From: Candidatus Hadarchaeota archaeon
Lineage (GTDB): Archaea; Hadarchaeota; Hadarchaeia; Hadarchaeales; JAGGTB01
DNA: 49,827 bases
Assembly (NCBI GenBank): GCA_964384105.1
Contig: CAYLJV010000008.1
Location: forward strand, 1 to 49,827
Direction: 5' to 3'
Under the pieces are notes generated by a model, which had not been told where the DNA came from, ran no database searches, and worked only from the letters and a program-made list of their open reading frames with translations. Below are positions 28,352 to 39,086 of this stretch, piece by piece. Made by a program: the position numbers and the translations under genes. Every line of letters begins with the position of its first letter. The first letter of the stretch is position 1.

Positions 28352-29583
28352 GAAGATTAGTTGTAAAATTCGGAGGTACTAGCCTAGAAAACGGCGAACT
28401 TGTCAGAAAAGCGGCAAAATCCATTAAAAAAGAAATAGATAAAGGAGACACCCAGATAGCCGTAGTGGTCTCCGCTATGGGGGGGACTACTGATACTCTC
28501 ATAGAAGGTGCAAAAGAGAGTACTCAAGGAAACGTGTCAAAGAAAGACCTTGATGCAATCATGGCAATGGGCGAAAAAATAAGCGCCAAAATATTTGCTG
28601 CGTCTTTAAGATCTCTCGGAGTAGACTCAATCCCTGTTACCACAGAAGATCCAGAATGGCCGATAATCACAGATAATACAGCGGGAAATTCTGAACCCGA
28701 TTTGGAAAAGAGTCAGAAAATAGGCAAAGACAAAATAAAACCCCTACTCGAAAAAGGCATCGTTCCGGTCATATGTGGATTTATAGGCCGGGACGAAAGC
28801 GGAACTGTTACAACCCTAGGGCGGGGAGGAAGTGATATCACTGCTTTCTTAGTGGCCCGAATAATAGACGCAAAAGAGGTGATTTTAGTAACTGATGCGG
28901 AGGGGGTAATGAGTGCAGATCCAAGAAAAGTAGAAAATGCTAGATTACTCAAAACAATAAACGCGGAGGAACTCTGTGACCTAGCAAGATATGGATCACA
29001 AATAATCCACCACAACGCTTTAAGATACAAAGCCCCAGATATAGACGCAAAAGTTATACATTTCAGACATGGTAATCTTTCTGAGGAGGGAACAATCATA
29101 GAAGGATCAATACCTGAGGCTGAAAAGGTCAATGCAAAGCTGCACCCTGAGCCACTAGCGATGTTAACTGTAGTTGGAGAGGGAATGCAAACCACATCAG
29201 GAATTCTAATAAAGGTAATGAATCCGCTAAGCAATGAGGGTATAAACGTTTTTGGTATTTCTATCGGGCCTAGATCATTTTCACTTTATGTAACGGAAGA
29301 AATGGCACAAAGTGCCCTAGAGCTGATCCATGGAGCCCTAGACATGAGTGATACTATGAAATCTGCAACTATCGAAAAAGGAATTGCAATGATTGTAACC
29401 GAAAGCGAGAAATTCATCGACACACCTGGTGTAATTGCCAAATTATCAGATTCACTCGCTGAAGAAGGTATTAACGTTATTGAGATTTACTCAAGTCAAG
29501 CTTCAATAAGTTACTTTGTTAACTGGGAAAACGGAGAAAAAGCCTTTGAGTTGCTTAAAGGAAGTATCAAGGACCTGATTTAA
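28348..29583 (+). CDS. lysC: aspartate kinase
   Basis: VVKFGGTS, VVSAMG, TLGRGGSD; two ACT domains. Confidence 0.95.
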   Translation: MRRLVVKFGGTSLENGELVRKAAKSIKKEIDKGDTQIAVVVSAMGGTTDTLIEGAKESTQGNVSKKDLDAIMAMGEKISAKIFAASLRSLGVDSIPVTTEDPEWPIITDNTAGNSEPDLEKSQKIGKDKIKPLLEKGIVPVICGFIGRDESGTVTTLGRGGSDITAFLVARIIDAKEVILVTDAEGVMSADPRKVENARLLKTINAEELCDLARYGSQIIHHNALRYKAPDIDAKVIHFRHGNLSEEGTIIEGSIPEAEKVNAKLHPEPLAMLTVVGEGMQTTSGILIKVMNPLSNEGINVFGISIGPRSFSLYVTEEMAQSALELIHGALDMSDTMKSATIEKGIAMIVTESEKFIDTPGVIAKLSDSLAEEGINVIEIYSSQASISYFVNWENGEKAFELLKGSIKDLI

Positions 29584-30462
29584 ATGGACTATACAGGAGC
29601 TTTTACTGCGATAATTACTCCATTCAGTAGTAACAACGATCTAGACGAAGAGGGTCTTCGAAAAAATATAAAATCTCAGATCAAAGGTGGAATCGACGGA
29701 ATAGTCCCAATGGGTACGACTGGAGAATGCGCCACTGTATCTCATGAAGAGCATGAAAGGGTAATTGAGATATCCGTAGATACAACAGGAGGCAAAATTC
29801 CAGTAATAGCCGGGACTGGAAGCAACAGCACAAGAGAAGCCTTAAGGTTAACCACTCACGCCGCGGAAGCGGGAGTAGATGCCGTGTTACTCATTTGTCC
29901 TTATTATAATAAGCCGACACAGCGAGGCATATACGAACACTACAAAAAACTGGCTAAGAAAATTGAGATTCCCCAAATAATTTACAACATCCCCTCTAGA
30001 ACGGGTAGAAACATTGAACCTGAAACAATCATAAGATTATCTAAACTCGAAAATATCGTAGGAGTAAAAGAAGCCAGCGGAAGCCTAAAACAAATAATGA
30101 AAATAATCAAAAACACCGACAATGACTTCTACGTACTCTCTGGCGATGACAGTCTCACTCTACCGGCTCTTAGTCTAGGTGCGACAGGAGTTGTCTCTGT
30201 AGCCTCAAATCTTATCCCCGGGAAAATCTCTGAAATGATAAACCTATATCTAGATGGAAAAACCGAAGCATCTAAAGAAATCCATTACGAGCTCACTCCA
30301 CTATTCGAATCACTCTTTATAGAAACGAATCCTGCTCCGGTAAAAGCCGCTATGGACCTGCTAGGAAAGCCTGCAGGTGGACTCCGACTACCACTAGTTG
30401 AAGTAAGAGATGAAACTAGAAAACATCTAAAAAAAGTACTTTCAGATATTAAATTACTTTAA
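29584..30462 (+). CDS. dapA: 4-hydroxy-tetrahydrodipicolinate synthase
   Basis: GTTGE, PYYNKP, YNIPSRT, GVKEASG, SGDD. Confidence 0.96.
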   Translation: MDYTGAFTAIITPFSSNNDLDEEGLRKNIKSQIKGGIDGIVPMGTTGECATVSHEEHERVIEISVDTTGGKIPVIAGTGSNSTREALRLTTHAAEAGVDAVLLICPYYNKPTQRGIYEHYKKLAKKIEIPQIIYNIPSRTGRNIEPETIIRLSKLENIVGVKEASGSLKQIMKIIKNTDNDFYVLSGDDSLTLPALSLGATGVVSVASNLIPGKISEMINLYLDGKTEASKEIHYELTPLFESLFIETNPAPVKAAMDLLGKPAGGLRLPLVEVRDETRKHLKKVLSDIKLL

Positions 30463-30505
30463 GAAAAACTTCACACTTCTCTGAAATATAAAAAATAAAC
30501 TCCTT

Positions 30506-31165
30506 TCAGAACTGTTTCCTATCAAAAAAGAATATAGATACTAGAAGCAGAATTAGGGTAAAAAATACCCCAAGAATAACCGTAAAGAGAAGATGATGTG
30601 ACATATTAAGCATAGAAGGAAGAGCAGGTAGAATAGAGATCTGATTTGCCCCATAAATAACAAGAATAGCTCCCGCCAGGACAGAAGGAGCTAGTACACC
30701 TATTAAAACACCAGCAGAACTTGATATAGCCATCATGGACAAACTAGTGGCCATAGATTCTGCAGAGTTTCCCAACACCGACCCTGGCAGCCCACCAACA
30801 CGAACAAAATCTATAACCAATCCAACTAAAAGAGCCAAAAAACTCGCAATAGCTATACATAGGTAAACGGCAGAAAATTTGCCAATAAGGAGACTTCTCC
30901 GTTTTATGGGCCTTATAAGAAACAAATTATAGACTTGTTTATCCCTCTCGTTGATTATAGAAACGGCTAGCATCACTGCAGCCAACGTCCCGCCAATGCT
31001 CGACACCATAAGGGCTGACAGTGTAGTAAACGACATCCCCTCAGCCTCAGGCCCCCATAATCTCAATATGATAACCAGTAGAGGTAGTCCAACCCAAAGG
31101 ATAATCATTCCCTTCGATTTGTAAAAACCCGTCAATTCATCTTTAAATAATAGTGGCAGACTCAT
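30506..31165 (-). CDS. ABC-2 type transporter permease
   Basis: six TM helices; ERD..Y.LFLIRPI.R..L.GKF. Confidence 0.85.
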   Translation of the reverse strand: MSLPLLFKDELTGFYKSKGMIILWVGLPLLVIILRLWGPEAEGMSFTTLSALMVSSIGGTLAAVMLAVSIINERDKQVYNLFLIRPIKRRSLLIGKFSAVYLCIAIASFLALLVGLVIDFVRVGGLPGSVLGNSAESMATSLSMMAISSSAGVLIGVLAPSVLAGAILVIYGANQISILPALPSMLNMSHHLLFTVILGVFFTLILLLVSIFFFDRKQF

Positions 31166-32121
31166 TCTCTTTCCTCCGCTCCGAGATATTTAAGATACAA
31201 CTCATCTAAATCTGGGGAAACGGGACTGAAGCTCCTAATTCTACATCCGAGATCCATTAATTCAGAGATAATACTATGACTAACTTCATCCTGATTCACG
31301 TCCTCTTTTATATTCACTATAAGCCGTTCCGGAGTAGGCCTATCTAATTTTTCAACACCTTTTATCGACTCTACTCTATCGTATTTTTCTGAATATTTTG
31401 ATAGAACAACTTCAATTTGATTAGTTCTAGGAAAACGAGATTTTAGTTCTTCAAAAGCACCAACATCTAAAATTCTTCCAAGATCGATTATACCAATCTT
31501 AGTCGCAACGTCCTCCACATCACTCAATATATGGGAGGAAAAGAAAACCGTGGTACCACCTTTAGCGAGGTCTTTTATTATCTCTTTTACCCGATATCTA
31601 CTAGCCGGGTCTAACCCACTCAAAGGCTCATCCAAAACCAGAAATTTTGGATTGTGAATAAGTGCCTGGGCCATACCCAACCTCTGTATTGTTCCCCCAG
31701 ACAACTCCCCGATTTTTCTATATCGTGAGTCTGATAAATTAACCAAATCTAGAACCTCTGATATTCTTTCATCGATATAGTCGTCACCTTCCAAACCGGA
31801 TAACTTTGCGAAAGTACTAAGGGCATGATCCACAGTACGCCACTCCTGAAATGAAACTTTCTGAGGCAGGTAACCAATGAGTTCATGGGCCTTGTCTTTC
31901 TCTTCGGGTAAGGAATGATCTCCTATCCTAACGGTTCCCTGAAAATCCGTCAGGAGACCTACCATTATTTTTATAGTCGTAGTTTTTCCAGCACCATTAG
32001 GTCCTATATACCCAAAATTTTCGCCTTTTCCGATGCTAAAACTGATTTCATCTAATGCTTTAAAATTGCCGAACCTCTTCGAAACGTCTTCAAATAAAAC
32101 GAATTCGCTGTCTGATGTCAA
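31162..32121 (-). CDS. ABC transporter ATP-binding protein
   Basis: GPNGAGKTT, LSGG, LDEP, SSH. Confidence 0.95.
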   Translation of the reverse strand: MTSDSEFVLFEDVSKRFGNFKALDEISFSIGKGENFGYIGPNGAGKTTTIKIMVGLLTDFQGTVRIGDHSLPEEKDKAHELIGYLPQKVSFQEWRTVDHALSTFAKLSGLEGDDYIDERISEVLDLVNLSDSRYRKIGELSGGTIQRLGMAQALIHNPKFLVLDEPLSGLDPASRYRVKEIIKDLAKGGTTVFFSSHILSDVEDVATKIGIIDLGRILDVGAFEELKSRFPRTNQIEVVLSKYSEKYDRVESIKGVEKLDRPTPERLIVNIKEDVNQDEVSHSIISELMDLGCRIRSFSPVSPDLDELYLKYLGAEERE

Positions 32122-32291
32122 TTCTTATCCCCAATTTATCAAATAAACGCTCAAAAATGATAAACATACCGATTAAAAACGATAATCACAAAACTTAAAA
32201 TCACCAAAGTCTGGAATATTCTATCCCAACTCAAAATAGAATTATACTTTTTAAAAGCAGAAAGTATACCATATTCAAAGGGTTGAATAGT

Positions 32292-33125
32292 ATGATTAAA
32301 GTAGCAGTTTGCGGTGCATGTGGCCGTATGGGCCAACGTATAGTCAAATCTGTAAACAGTCAAGAAGACATGAAAATCGTTGCAGCTATAGATCGGCCAA
32401 ACGTATCTGAAGCCGGAAAGGATATCGGTGATATAGCCGGAATAGGGAAAATAGATGTTGAAGTAGTAGGAGCAGAAAAAATCGAAGAAACTTTAAAAAA
32501 ATCCAAACCTGACGTGCTCGTGGATTTTACGGTTGCTGAATCTGCTGTGAAAAACGTAAAAGCCGCTACAAAAAATGGAGTATCAGTAGTAGTGGGTACT
32601 ACAGGATTTACAGAACAACAGCAAAAAGAAATGGAAAAAGCAATAAAAGAAAACAAAACCAGAGCAGTTATTTCATCAAACATGTCTATCGGAGTAAATC
32701 TATTTTTTAAACTGGTTGAGATGGCAGCAAAAAAACTGAAAGATTATGACATGGAGTTCGTAGAAGCTCATCACAATAAAAAAGTTGACGCACCAAGTGG
32801 AACAGCCCTCACGGCTGCAAAGATAGCAGCAAAAGCATCGGGAAAAGATTTCGAAAAGGTAGCAAAATTTGGAAGACAAAGAGGTAATGTCGGAGAAAGA
32901 TCGAACGAAGAGATCGGAATTCATTCCGTCAGAGGAGGAGATATAGCCGGAGACCACACCTTTATCCTAGCTGGACCCTCCGAGAGACTGGAACTAACCC
33001 ACAGAGCACAGAGCAGGCAGGTTTTCGTAACCGGAGTTCTAAAAGCCATTCGCTATATCACAAAAGATGGAGAGCCTGGAAAGGTACAAGATATGCAGGA
33101 TATTTTATTCAAAAAAATGGAATAA
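32292..33125 (+). CDS. dapB: 4-hydroxy-tetrahydrodipicolinate reductase
   Basis: GACGRMG, DFT, GTTG, EAHHNKKVDAPSGTA. Confidence 0.96.
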   Translation: MIKVAVCGACGRMGQRIVKSVNSQEDMKIVAAIDRPNVSEAGKDIGDIAGIGKIDVEVVGAEKIEETLKKSKPDVLVDFTVAESAVKNVKAATKNGVSVVVGTTGFTEQQQKEMEKAIKENKTRAVISSNMSIGVNLFFKLVEMAAKKLKDYDMEFVEAHHNKKVDAPSGTALTAAKIAAKASGKDFEKVAKFGRQRGNVGERSNEEIGIHSVRGGDIAGDHTFILAGPSERLELTHRAQSRQVFVTGVLKAIRYITKDGEPGKVQDMQDILFKKME

Positions 33126-33226
33126 TAAAAATTTTCTATTCGTAGTTTCTGACTAAATATCATTGAACCCTATTTTCGGTAATTGGTCGAATTCACTCGA
33201 AATATAGCTATTAATTACTTCTATTC

Positions 33227-33388
33227 CTAAGGTTTCCTTTCAGAAACAGAAGTACCTTTATCCTTACTTTTTTTATCTTCGAAATCAAAACCGCAATTCC
33301 CGCACTGGCTAACTTCTGGATTCTCTATTCTTGACCCACAACTGGGGCAGAATTTTTTCTTTCTAACATCAAACTTATCCTTTGGCAA
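33227..33388 (-). CDS. 53-aa zinc-ribbon microprotein (not in ORF track)
   Basis: GGAGG RBS plus TTG; ..KKFCPSCGSRIENPEVSQCGNCGFDF.. Confidence 0.7.
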   Translation of the reverse strand: MPKDKFDVRKKKFCPSCGSRIENPEVSQCGNCGFDFEDKKSKDKGTSVSERKP

Positions 33389-33504
33389 TTTAACCCTCCC
33401 AAAAAAGATATGGTTTTGGTAACTTAAAAAATAAATTGTAAACTCTAAAAGATAAAGGCAAACTTAATCAAAACTTCGACAAATAAAGTATAGGGGATAA
33501 AAAA

Positions 33505-34161
33505 ATGCATATTATTCTTGTCGGTGGTGGAAACTTGGGAAAAAACCTTTCCGCCAGATTAGATAATCTGGGCCACGAAATCGTAGTGGTAGAAAAAGAG
33601 AAAGAAACAGCCGATGAACTAGCGAGCAACTCAGATTTTACAGTAGTTTATGGTGACGGAACAGATATTGAAATTTTAAAGGATGCTGACGCAGAGAGTG
33701 CCGATGCACTGGCCGCAATAACTGATAGCGACGAAACAAATTTGATGGTCTGCAAAATAGCAGAGGATTTAGGAATATCTCGGATAGTAACTAGAGTTAA
33801 TAAATCAGAAAACGTTCGAATGTTCGAAGACGTCGGGGCAGATACAGTAATAAATTCCGTTAGTGCCACAACTGGATTATTCGAAAAAGCACTCACAGGA
33901 CCTAGTTTATATGGAATTTTGAGTCTAGGCAGTGGAAATGTGGAAGTAACAGAAGTAAGAGTTTCGGGAAATTCAAAAAGTATAGGTAAGCCAATAAAAG
34001 ACCTAAAACTTCCAGAACTCTGCACAATAGCGATAATCACCCGCAATGATGAGATAATCCCTGCAAGGGGTGACACTAAGCTTCTTGAAGGTGATCGAGT
34101 AATTCTCGCAGGAAAATCGGAGGATATCCAATCTGTAAGCAAAGATCTCGGTGGTAATTGA
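33505..34161 (+). CDS. trkA: TrkA family potassium-uptake NAD-binding protein
   Basis: GGGNLG, GDGT, DETNL; TrkA_C domain. Confidence 0.9.
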   Translation: MHIILVGGGNLGKNLSARLDNLGHEIVVVEKEKETADELASNSDFTVVYGDGTDIEILKDADAESADALAAITDSDETNLMVCKIAEDLGISRIVTRVNKSENVRMFEDVGADTVINSVSATTGLFEKALTGPSLYGILSLGSGNVEVTEVRVSGNSKSIGKPIKDLKLPELCTIAIITRNDEIIPARGDTKLLEGDRVILAGKSEDIQSVSKDLGGN

Positions 34162-34267
34162 CAACCCTCATATCGTTAGAGCATATTTTTTGTATAATCA
34201 AATTCTTTACGACTAACAAACCTAAAAGTAATAAATGAGTTTATCCGAGTAAGCTAAGAGGATTAAA

Positions 34268-35332
34268 ATGAAAAAGATTTCAGTTGGAGTACTTGGAGCC
34301 ACCGGGCTGGTGGGGCAGAGATTCATACAGTTATTGACAGACCACCCATGGTTTGAGCTAGAAGCATTAACCGCATCTAAACGCTCAGCGGGTAAAAGAT
34401 ACGAAAAAGCTGCAAAATGGTACTTGTACCCCCCCATGCCTGACGAAGTTAAAGACATAGAAGTGAGAACAACCGAACCCGAATCTGTAGAAGGTATAGA
34501 TATTGTATTCTCTGCTTTGCCGTCTGATGCCGCAAAAAACGTTGAGCCGGAAATGGCGAAGGCTGGTCACATAGTGGCCTCAAATGCGAGTTCTTATAGA
34601 ATGGAACCAGACGTTCCACTGATGATTCCAGAGATAAATCCTGAACATTTGGGATTAATAGATGTTCAACGAGAAAAAAGAGGATGGGACGGCGCGATAG
34701 TTACAAATCCTAATTGCACTACCATAATACTTCTACTAGCGCTACAACCACTCATCAAAAAGTTCGGAATAAATAAGGCATTCGTTTCTACAATGCAAGC
34801 GCTTTCAGGAGCAGGTTATGGCGGCGTGAAATCAATGGAGATAGAAGACAATCTCGTTCCATATATCGGTAAGGAAGAATGGAAAACTGAGAATGAACCT
34901 CTGAAGATACTAGGCAAATTCAAGGACGAAAAAATAGAAAACGCCGAGATAAGTATCAGCGCCAGTTGTAATAGAGTAGCTGTCCTGGATGGTCATACGG
35001 AATCAGTATTTTTAGAACTAGGAGAGAAAGCATCCCCCGAAGAAGTAGCCGAAGCAATGCGAAAATTCAGACCTGAGCCCCAGAAACTAGGATTACCAAC
35101 AGCACCAAAACAACCGATCATAGTCTCCGAAGAAAAGGATATGCCCCAACCAAGATTTGCAAGACATGCAGGAAGCGTCCCAGGAATGGCAGTCGTAGTT
35201 GGAAGAATTAGGAAGGACAATGTCTTTGAAAACGGAATAAGATTTTTGGTATGTGGAAACAACGCAATCAGAGGAGCAGCAGGTGCCTCGGTAGTAAATG
35301 CAGAACTGATGAAAGCCAAAGATTTGCTCTAG
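34268..35332 (+). CDS. asd: aspartate-semialdehyde dehydrogenase
   Basis: GATGLVG, NPNCTT, QALSGAG, RGAAG. Confidence 0.96.
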   Translation: MKKISVGVLGATGLVGQRFIQLLTDHPWFELEALTASKRSAGKRYEKAAKWYLYPPMPDEVKDIEVRTTEPESVEGIDIVFSALPSDAAKNVEPEMAKAGHIVASNASSYRMEPDVPLMIPEINPEHLGLIDVQREKRGWDGAIVTNPNCTTIILLLALQPLIKKFGINKAFVSTMQALSGAGYGGVKSMEIEDNLVPYIGKEEWKTENEPLKILGKFKDEKIENAEISISASCNRVAVLDGHTESVFLELGEKASPEEVAEAMRKFRPEPQKLGLPTAPKQPIIVSEEKDMPQPRFARHAGSVPGMAVVVGRIRKDNVFENGIRFLVCGNNAIRGAAGASVVNAELMKAKDLL

Positions 35333-35432
35333 AATACCTCTTATTATTTTTCTTATTTTTACCTTATTTTTTGCTAATTCAACTAATGTAACCTCTATCT
35401 CAGAAATCGGAAATAGTATTAAAAGTGAATCA

Positions 35433-35567
35433 TGGTAGCGGGGGCTGGATTTGAACCAGCGACCTCCGGGTTTCTCAAGTGGTTTCAAATCCCACGTTCT
35501 TAGTGATTTTTCTCAACATGAGACACCTTATGAGCCCGGCGGGCACTCCAGACTGCCCCACCCCGCT
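35433..35567 (-). tRNA. initiator tRNA-Met(CAT) with 57-nt intron at 37/38 (35472-35528)
   Basis: A1-U72 pair and three G-C pairs in the anticodon stem; BHB CTCA-TA^A / TGAG-AA^A; CCA encoded. Confidence 0.93.
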
Positions 35568-35861
35568 ATCATTAACCTTTCTTTTACAAACTCCTCTTTA
35601 AGAGTTTTCTCGAAAGTTTTTTAAATATATTCAAATACTGAACTCAACTCAATAGTAAAATAGATTGTCAGGATTAAATCCTATTAAAAGCAATATTGAG
35701 ATAGTCAAAAAATTCGAAGATTACCAAAAAAGCCAATATAGTACAATAAAACTCTAATCTAACTCATTCGGACAAATAAACTTAAAGTGAATTAACAAGA
35801 GAAAAGTATCAAGTATAATTCTAATCCAATTTCAAATTAAATTTCATGATACCTGAAACAG

Positions 35862-37649
35862 GTGGTTAAAGTCCCTAAAAGCAAGATTATCAAGGAATAC
35901 CCTTGGATATTTGCGGGAATTGCAGCATCAGTTTTTTATTGGTTTTTAGAATCTACGATAGATGCATTCTACGTCCAAGATGATAGTCTTCTGCACGAAA
36001 TCATCAACCCCGCCTTACATGAAACTTGGATGCGATCCGTAGTAATCGCCCTGATCATGGGATTTGGAATCTATGCACAATATTCAACGGCAAAAATAAA
36101 AAGATCCAAAACTCGCTCCGAGGAATTAAAAGCATTACTTTCCTCGATAAGAAATATAAATCAGTTGATAGTCCAAGAAACCGAACTTGAAACTTTACTA
36201 GAAAAATCCGCAAGAATACTCCAGAAAACAAGAGGGTATTTGGATGCATCTATTGCTATACTCGAGAATAATAGGATAAAGCCGATTGCCCATTTTGGAA
36301 GTCATGAAAGAAAGGATTGGTCAATAAAAACCGGGGGCAATGGAGACGCACCTCAATGCATAAAACAGGTAATCGAATCCAAATCCTTGAAAATAATTGA
36401 AAATACCGAAGAAGAATGTAAGGATTGTGACTACTGTAACCATGGAAGAGATCACAGGTCCGTAATTGTTCCTATGCTTTACAAAGAAGATGTTGTAGGA
36501 ATTATCAGTGCATGTTTCGAAAAGTATAGAACGGTAGACGATAAGGAAATTGAATTACTAAAAGAAATAGCTAACGATCTAGCCTTTGCTAGAGAAAAGC
36601 TACGTATGGAAGAAAGAATTAGAGAGCTCAATCAATTTAGAGAAACAATAATCGAAGACGCAAATGTATGGCTTAGTGTGTTTGATAACGAAGGAAATAT
36701 TATAGTGTGGAACAAAGCAGCGAAAAGAATTAGTGGCTACCCAAAAGAAAAAGTAATTGGTAATGATGAAATATGGGAAAAGATATACCCGAATGAAAGA
36801 CACAGAAAAGAAATAAGATTCGTATTAGAGAAGATCATTCGTGGAGAAAAGGTGCTTGAAAATTTCGAGACCGCGATTATTAGCAAAAGTGGTGAAGAAA
36901 AAATAATCTCTTGGAACTCGAGGCAGTTAAAAGATCGAGATGAAAACCCGATAGGGGCAGTAGCTGTAGGAAGGGATATAACAGAACATAAAAACTCTGA
37001 GGAGAGACGAGAGTTCCTGAATACCTTGCTTAGACAAGATCTATTGAGCAAAAGCCAGATCGTGGCTGGATACCTCCAGTTACTAGAAACTGTAGATCTA
37101 TCTAAAGAAAACCAAAAACATCTAGAAACTGCTCTAAAAAATGCAAAAGATGGAATTGACATCATAGAGCAAGTAAAAATACTGAAAGAAATAGAGGAGA
37201 CAGACCTCGGGAAAATAAAAATTACTAAAATTCTAAAAGATATCAAAGAGGAAAGTGAGAAGTTTATCGAGGATCGGGAAATAAAAATAGTAATCGATAA
37301 GGAGATAGAACCAGAATACATCCTCGGAGAATACTCTCTCAAGAATTTATTCATTAACCTGATAAAAGCAAGAAGACTGGATCCAGACTTCAACAAAATA
37401 GAAATCTCTTTTGAAGAGACGGCCAAAAAGATTATAGTAAAAATGGAAGACAACGGGAGTAGAATTCCAGATAAGATTAAACAAAATATCTCAAAGGAGA
37501 GTTACAAAGGAGACACTTCGGGAATAGAAGGATTTAGATATTATATTGCTAGAGAAATAGCAGCTCATAATAAAGCGAAAATAGAAATAAAAGACTCCAA
37601 ATTAGGCGGAACAAGATTCGATATACATCTCAAGAAATCAAAGAAATAG
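35862..37649 (+). CDS. membrane GAF-PAS sensor with degenerate histidine-kinase module
   Basis: two TM helices, GAF, PAS (WNKAAKRISGY..GRDITE); H box reads LRQD; EDNG and GGTRF remain. Confidence 0.85.
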   Translation: MVKVPKSKIIKEYPWIFAGIAASVFYWFLESTIDAFYVQDDSLLHEIINPALHETWMRSVVIALIMGFGIYAQYSTAKIKRSKTRSEELKALLSSIRNINQLIVQETELETLLEKSARILQKTRGYLDASIAILENNRIKPIAHFGSHERKDWSIKTGGNGDAPQCIKQVIESKSLKIIENTEEECKDCDYCNHGRDHRSVIVPMLYKEDVVGIISACFEKYRTVDDKEIELLKEIANDLAFAREKLRMEERIRELNQFRETIIEDANVWLSVFDNEGNIIVWNKAAKRISGYPKEKVIGNDEIWEKIYPNERHRKEIRFVLEKIIRGEKVLENFETAIISKSGEEKIISWNSRQLKDRDENPIGAVAVGRDITEHKNSEERREFLNTLLRQDLLSKSQIVAGYLQLLETVDLSKENQKHLETALKNAKDGIDIIEQVKILKEIEETDLGKIKITKILKDIKEESEKFIEDREIKIVIDKEIEPEYILGEYSLKNLFINLIKARRLDPDFNKIEISFEETAKKIIVKMEDNGSRIPDKIKQNISKESYKGDTSGIEGFRYYIAREIAAHNKAKIEIKDSKLGGTRFDIHLKKSKK

Positions 37650-37739
37650 AAACACGGATACATGTACTTCCGTGATCAAATTAATTATTTCTAAACTTGA
37701 GAATAGTTATCAATTATACAAGAAATGTGATGATTAAAA

Positions 37740-38414
37740 ATGAAGGAAAAAGTAATAGGTTTAGTTTCAGGTGGAATAGATTCGCCTGTGGCAAATTTAA
37801 TAATATCCAAAAAATTTGAGCTCGTACCACTACATTTAAGCCTATACCCAATGGCAACATTAGAAAATTCCATCAAATCAATAGAAATTCTGAAAGAAAT
37901 CAAAGAAAGTACAAACTTCAAGAAAGCAATCATATATCCTTGGGCAGGAATACTCAAGAAAATTAAGAGCAAAATAAGACAGGAGTACGCATGCGTAATA
38001 TGCCGGAAAAGCATGCTCTTCACAGCATCAAAGTTTTGTGAAAAAGAAAAGGCAAAAGGAATCGTAACAGGTGAATCTCTAGGGCAAAAAGCATCTCAAA
38101 CTTTGGATAATATTTCTGCAATAACATCAAAAACAGGTTTTCCTGTGCTTAGACCACTCATTGGAATGAACAAAAGAGAGATTATAGCCCGCTCCAGAGA
38201 ATTCGGCATATGGAACCCGGACCATGCAGGCTGTTGTTTAGCAGTTCCTAGTAAGCCAAGAACCAAAGCAAGAACTTACGAAATAGAAAGAGAACTAGAA
38301 AAAATTGATCTCCCAAAACTTATCGAGAAAAATATGGATCTATCGCTGGAAATCAAAGATTTAGACTGGAAATATGAAGAGTATTTATTCGAACTAGCGA
38401 GCAAATTTGATTGA
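37740..38414 (+). CDS. ThiI-like PP-loop sulfurtransferase, catalytic domain only
   Basis: SGGIDS, CVICRK, TGESLGQKASQT, RPLIG; no N-terminal THUMP. Confidence 0.85.
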   Translation: MKEKVIGLVSGGIDSPVANLIISKKFELVPLHLSLYPMATLENSIKSIEILKEIKESTNFKKAIIYPWAGILKKIKSKIRQEYACVICRKSMLFTASKFCEKEKAKGIVTGESLGQKASQTLDNISAITSKTGFPVLRPLIGMNKREIIARSREFGIWNPDHAGCCLAVPSKPRTKARTYEIERELEKIDLPKLIEKNMDLSLEIKDLDWKYEEYLFELASKFD

Positions 38415-38430
38415 CTAAAAAGAACATGAA

Positions 38431-38694
38431 TCAGCCAGCAGTATAGAACAAAAACTTCCCTTCTGGAGGTGGAACGATTTCAAGTCGGACTTCCTTTCTT
38501 AAAGTGTAATACTTCCTTCTTCCCTTCTTGTAGCTACTTATTATTCCTGAATCTTCCAGTTTCTCGAGGTGAAACTTCGCATTTTTTCCATCGAGTTTGG
38601 CCAATTTCATTATCTGGGAGACGTACCGATCCTCATCAGACAAAAGCTTTAGTATTTCCAATCTCTTTTTTGATCCCAATATTTCCAACATCAA
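38431..38694 (-). CDS. ArsR family regulator
   Basis: [25 protein letters not shown]. Confidence 0.85.
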   Translation of the reverse strand: MMLEILGSKKRLEILKLLSDEDRYVSQIMKLAKLDGKNAKFHLEKLEDSGIISSYKKGRRKYYTLRKEVRLEIVPPPEGKFLFYTAG

Positions 38695-38758
38695 GTATAA
38701 AATTACTAAAAAGTTTTATATATTTTACTAAATTTCTCCTAATTTGAGGTGATCAAAA

Positions 38759-39040
38759 ATGGAGATATCAACCGAAGGAACTCCCAAGGGCAAAAAAGTA
38801 ATACAAGGAGAGTTCTCGCAGGAATTCTATATGAACAAAGGCCAAGTGGCTAACTTCCTCAGAAAACTAGCAGATGAAATAGAACAAGGAAACCAGCTTA
38901 AGATATCCACAAATGAATGGGAACTTCCATTCCAATTCAGAGACGAGATTGAAGTAGAAATAGACGTAGACCACGATGAATTAGAGATAGAACTAGAATT
39001 TGAGAAATACCGCGGCGAAGACAGTCTTTCTGTCGAGTAA
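38759..39040 (+). CDS. amphi-Trp domain protein
   Basis: [13 protein letters not shown]...ELEIELEF. Confidence 0.7.
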   Translation: MEISTEGTPKGKKVIQGEFSQEFYMNKGQVANFLRKLADEIEQGNQLKISTNEWELPFQFRDEIEVEIDVDHDELEIELEFEKYRGEDSLSVE

Positions 39041-39086
39041 CCTAAAGAAATCAGAATGATTTAATTTTTTTGTTTTCTACAATTTT

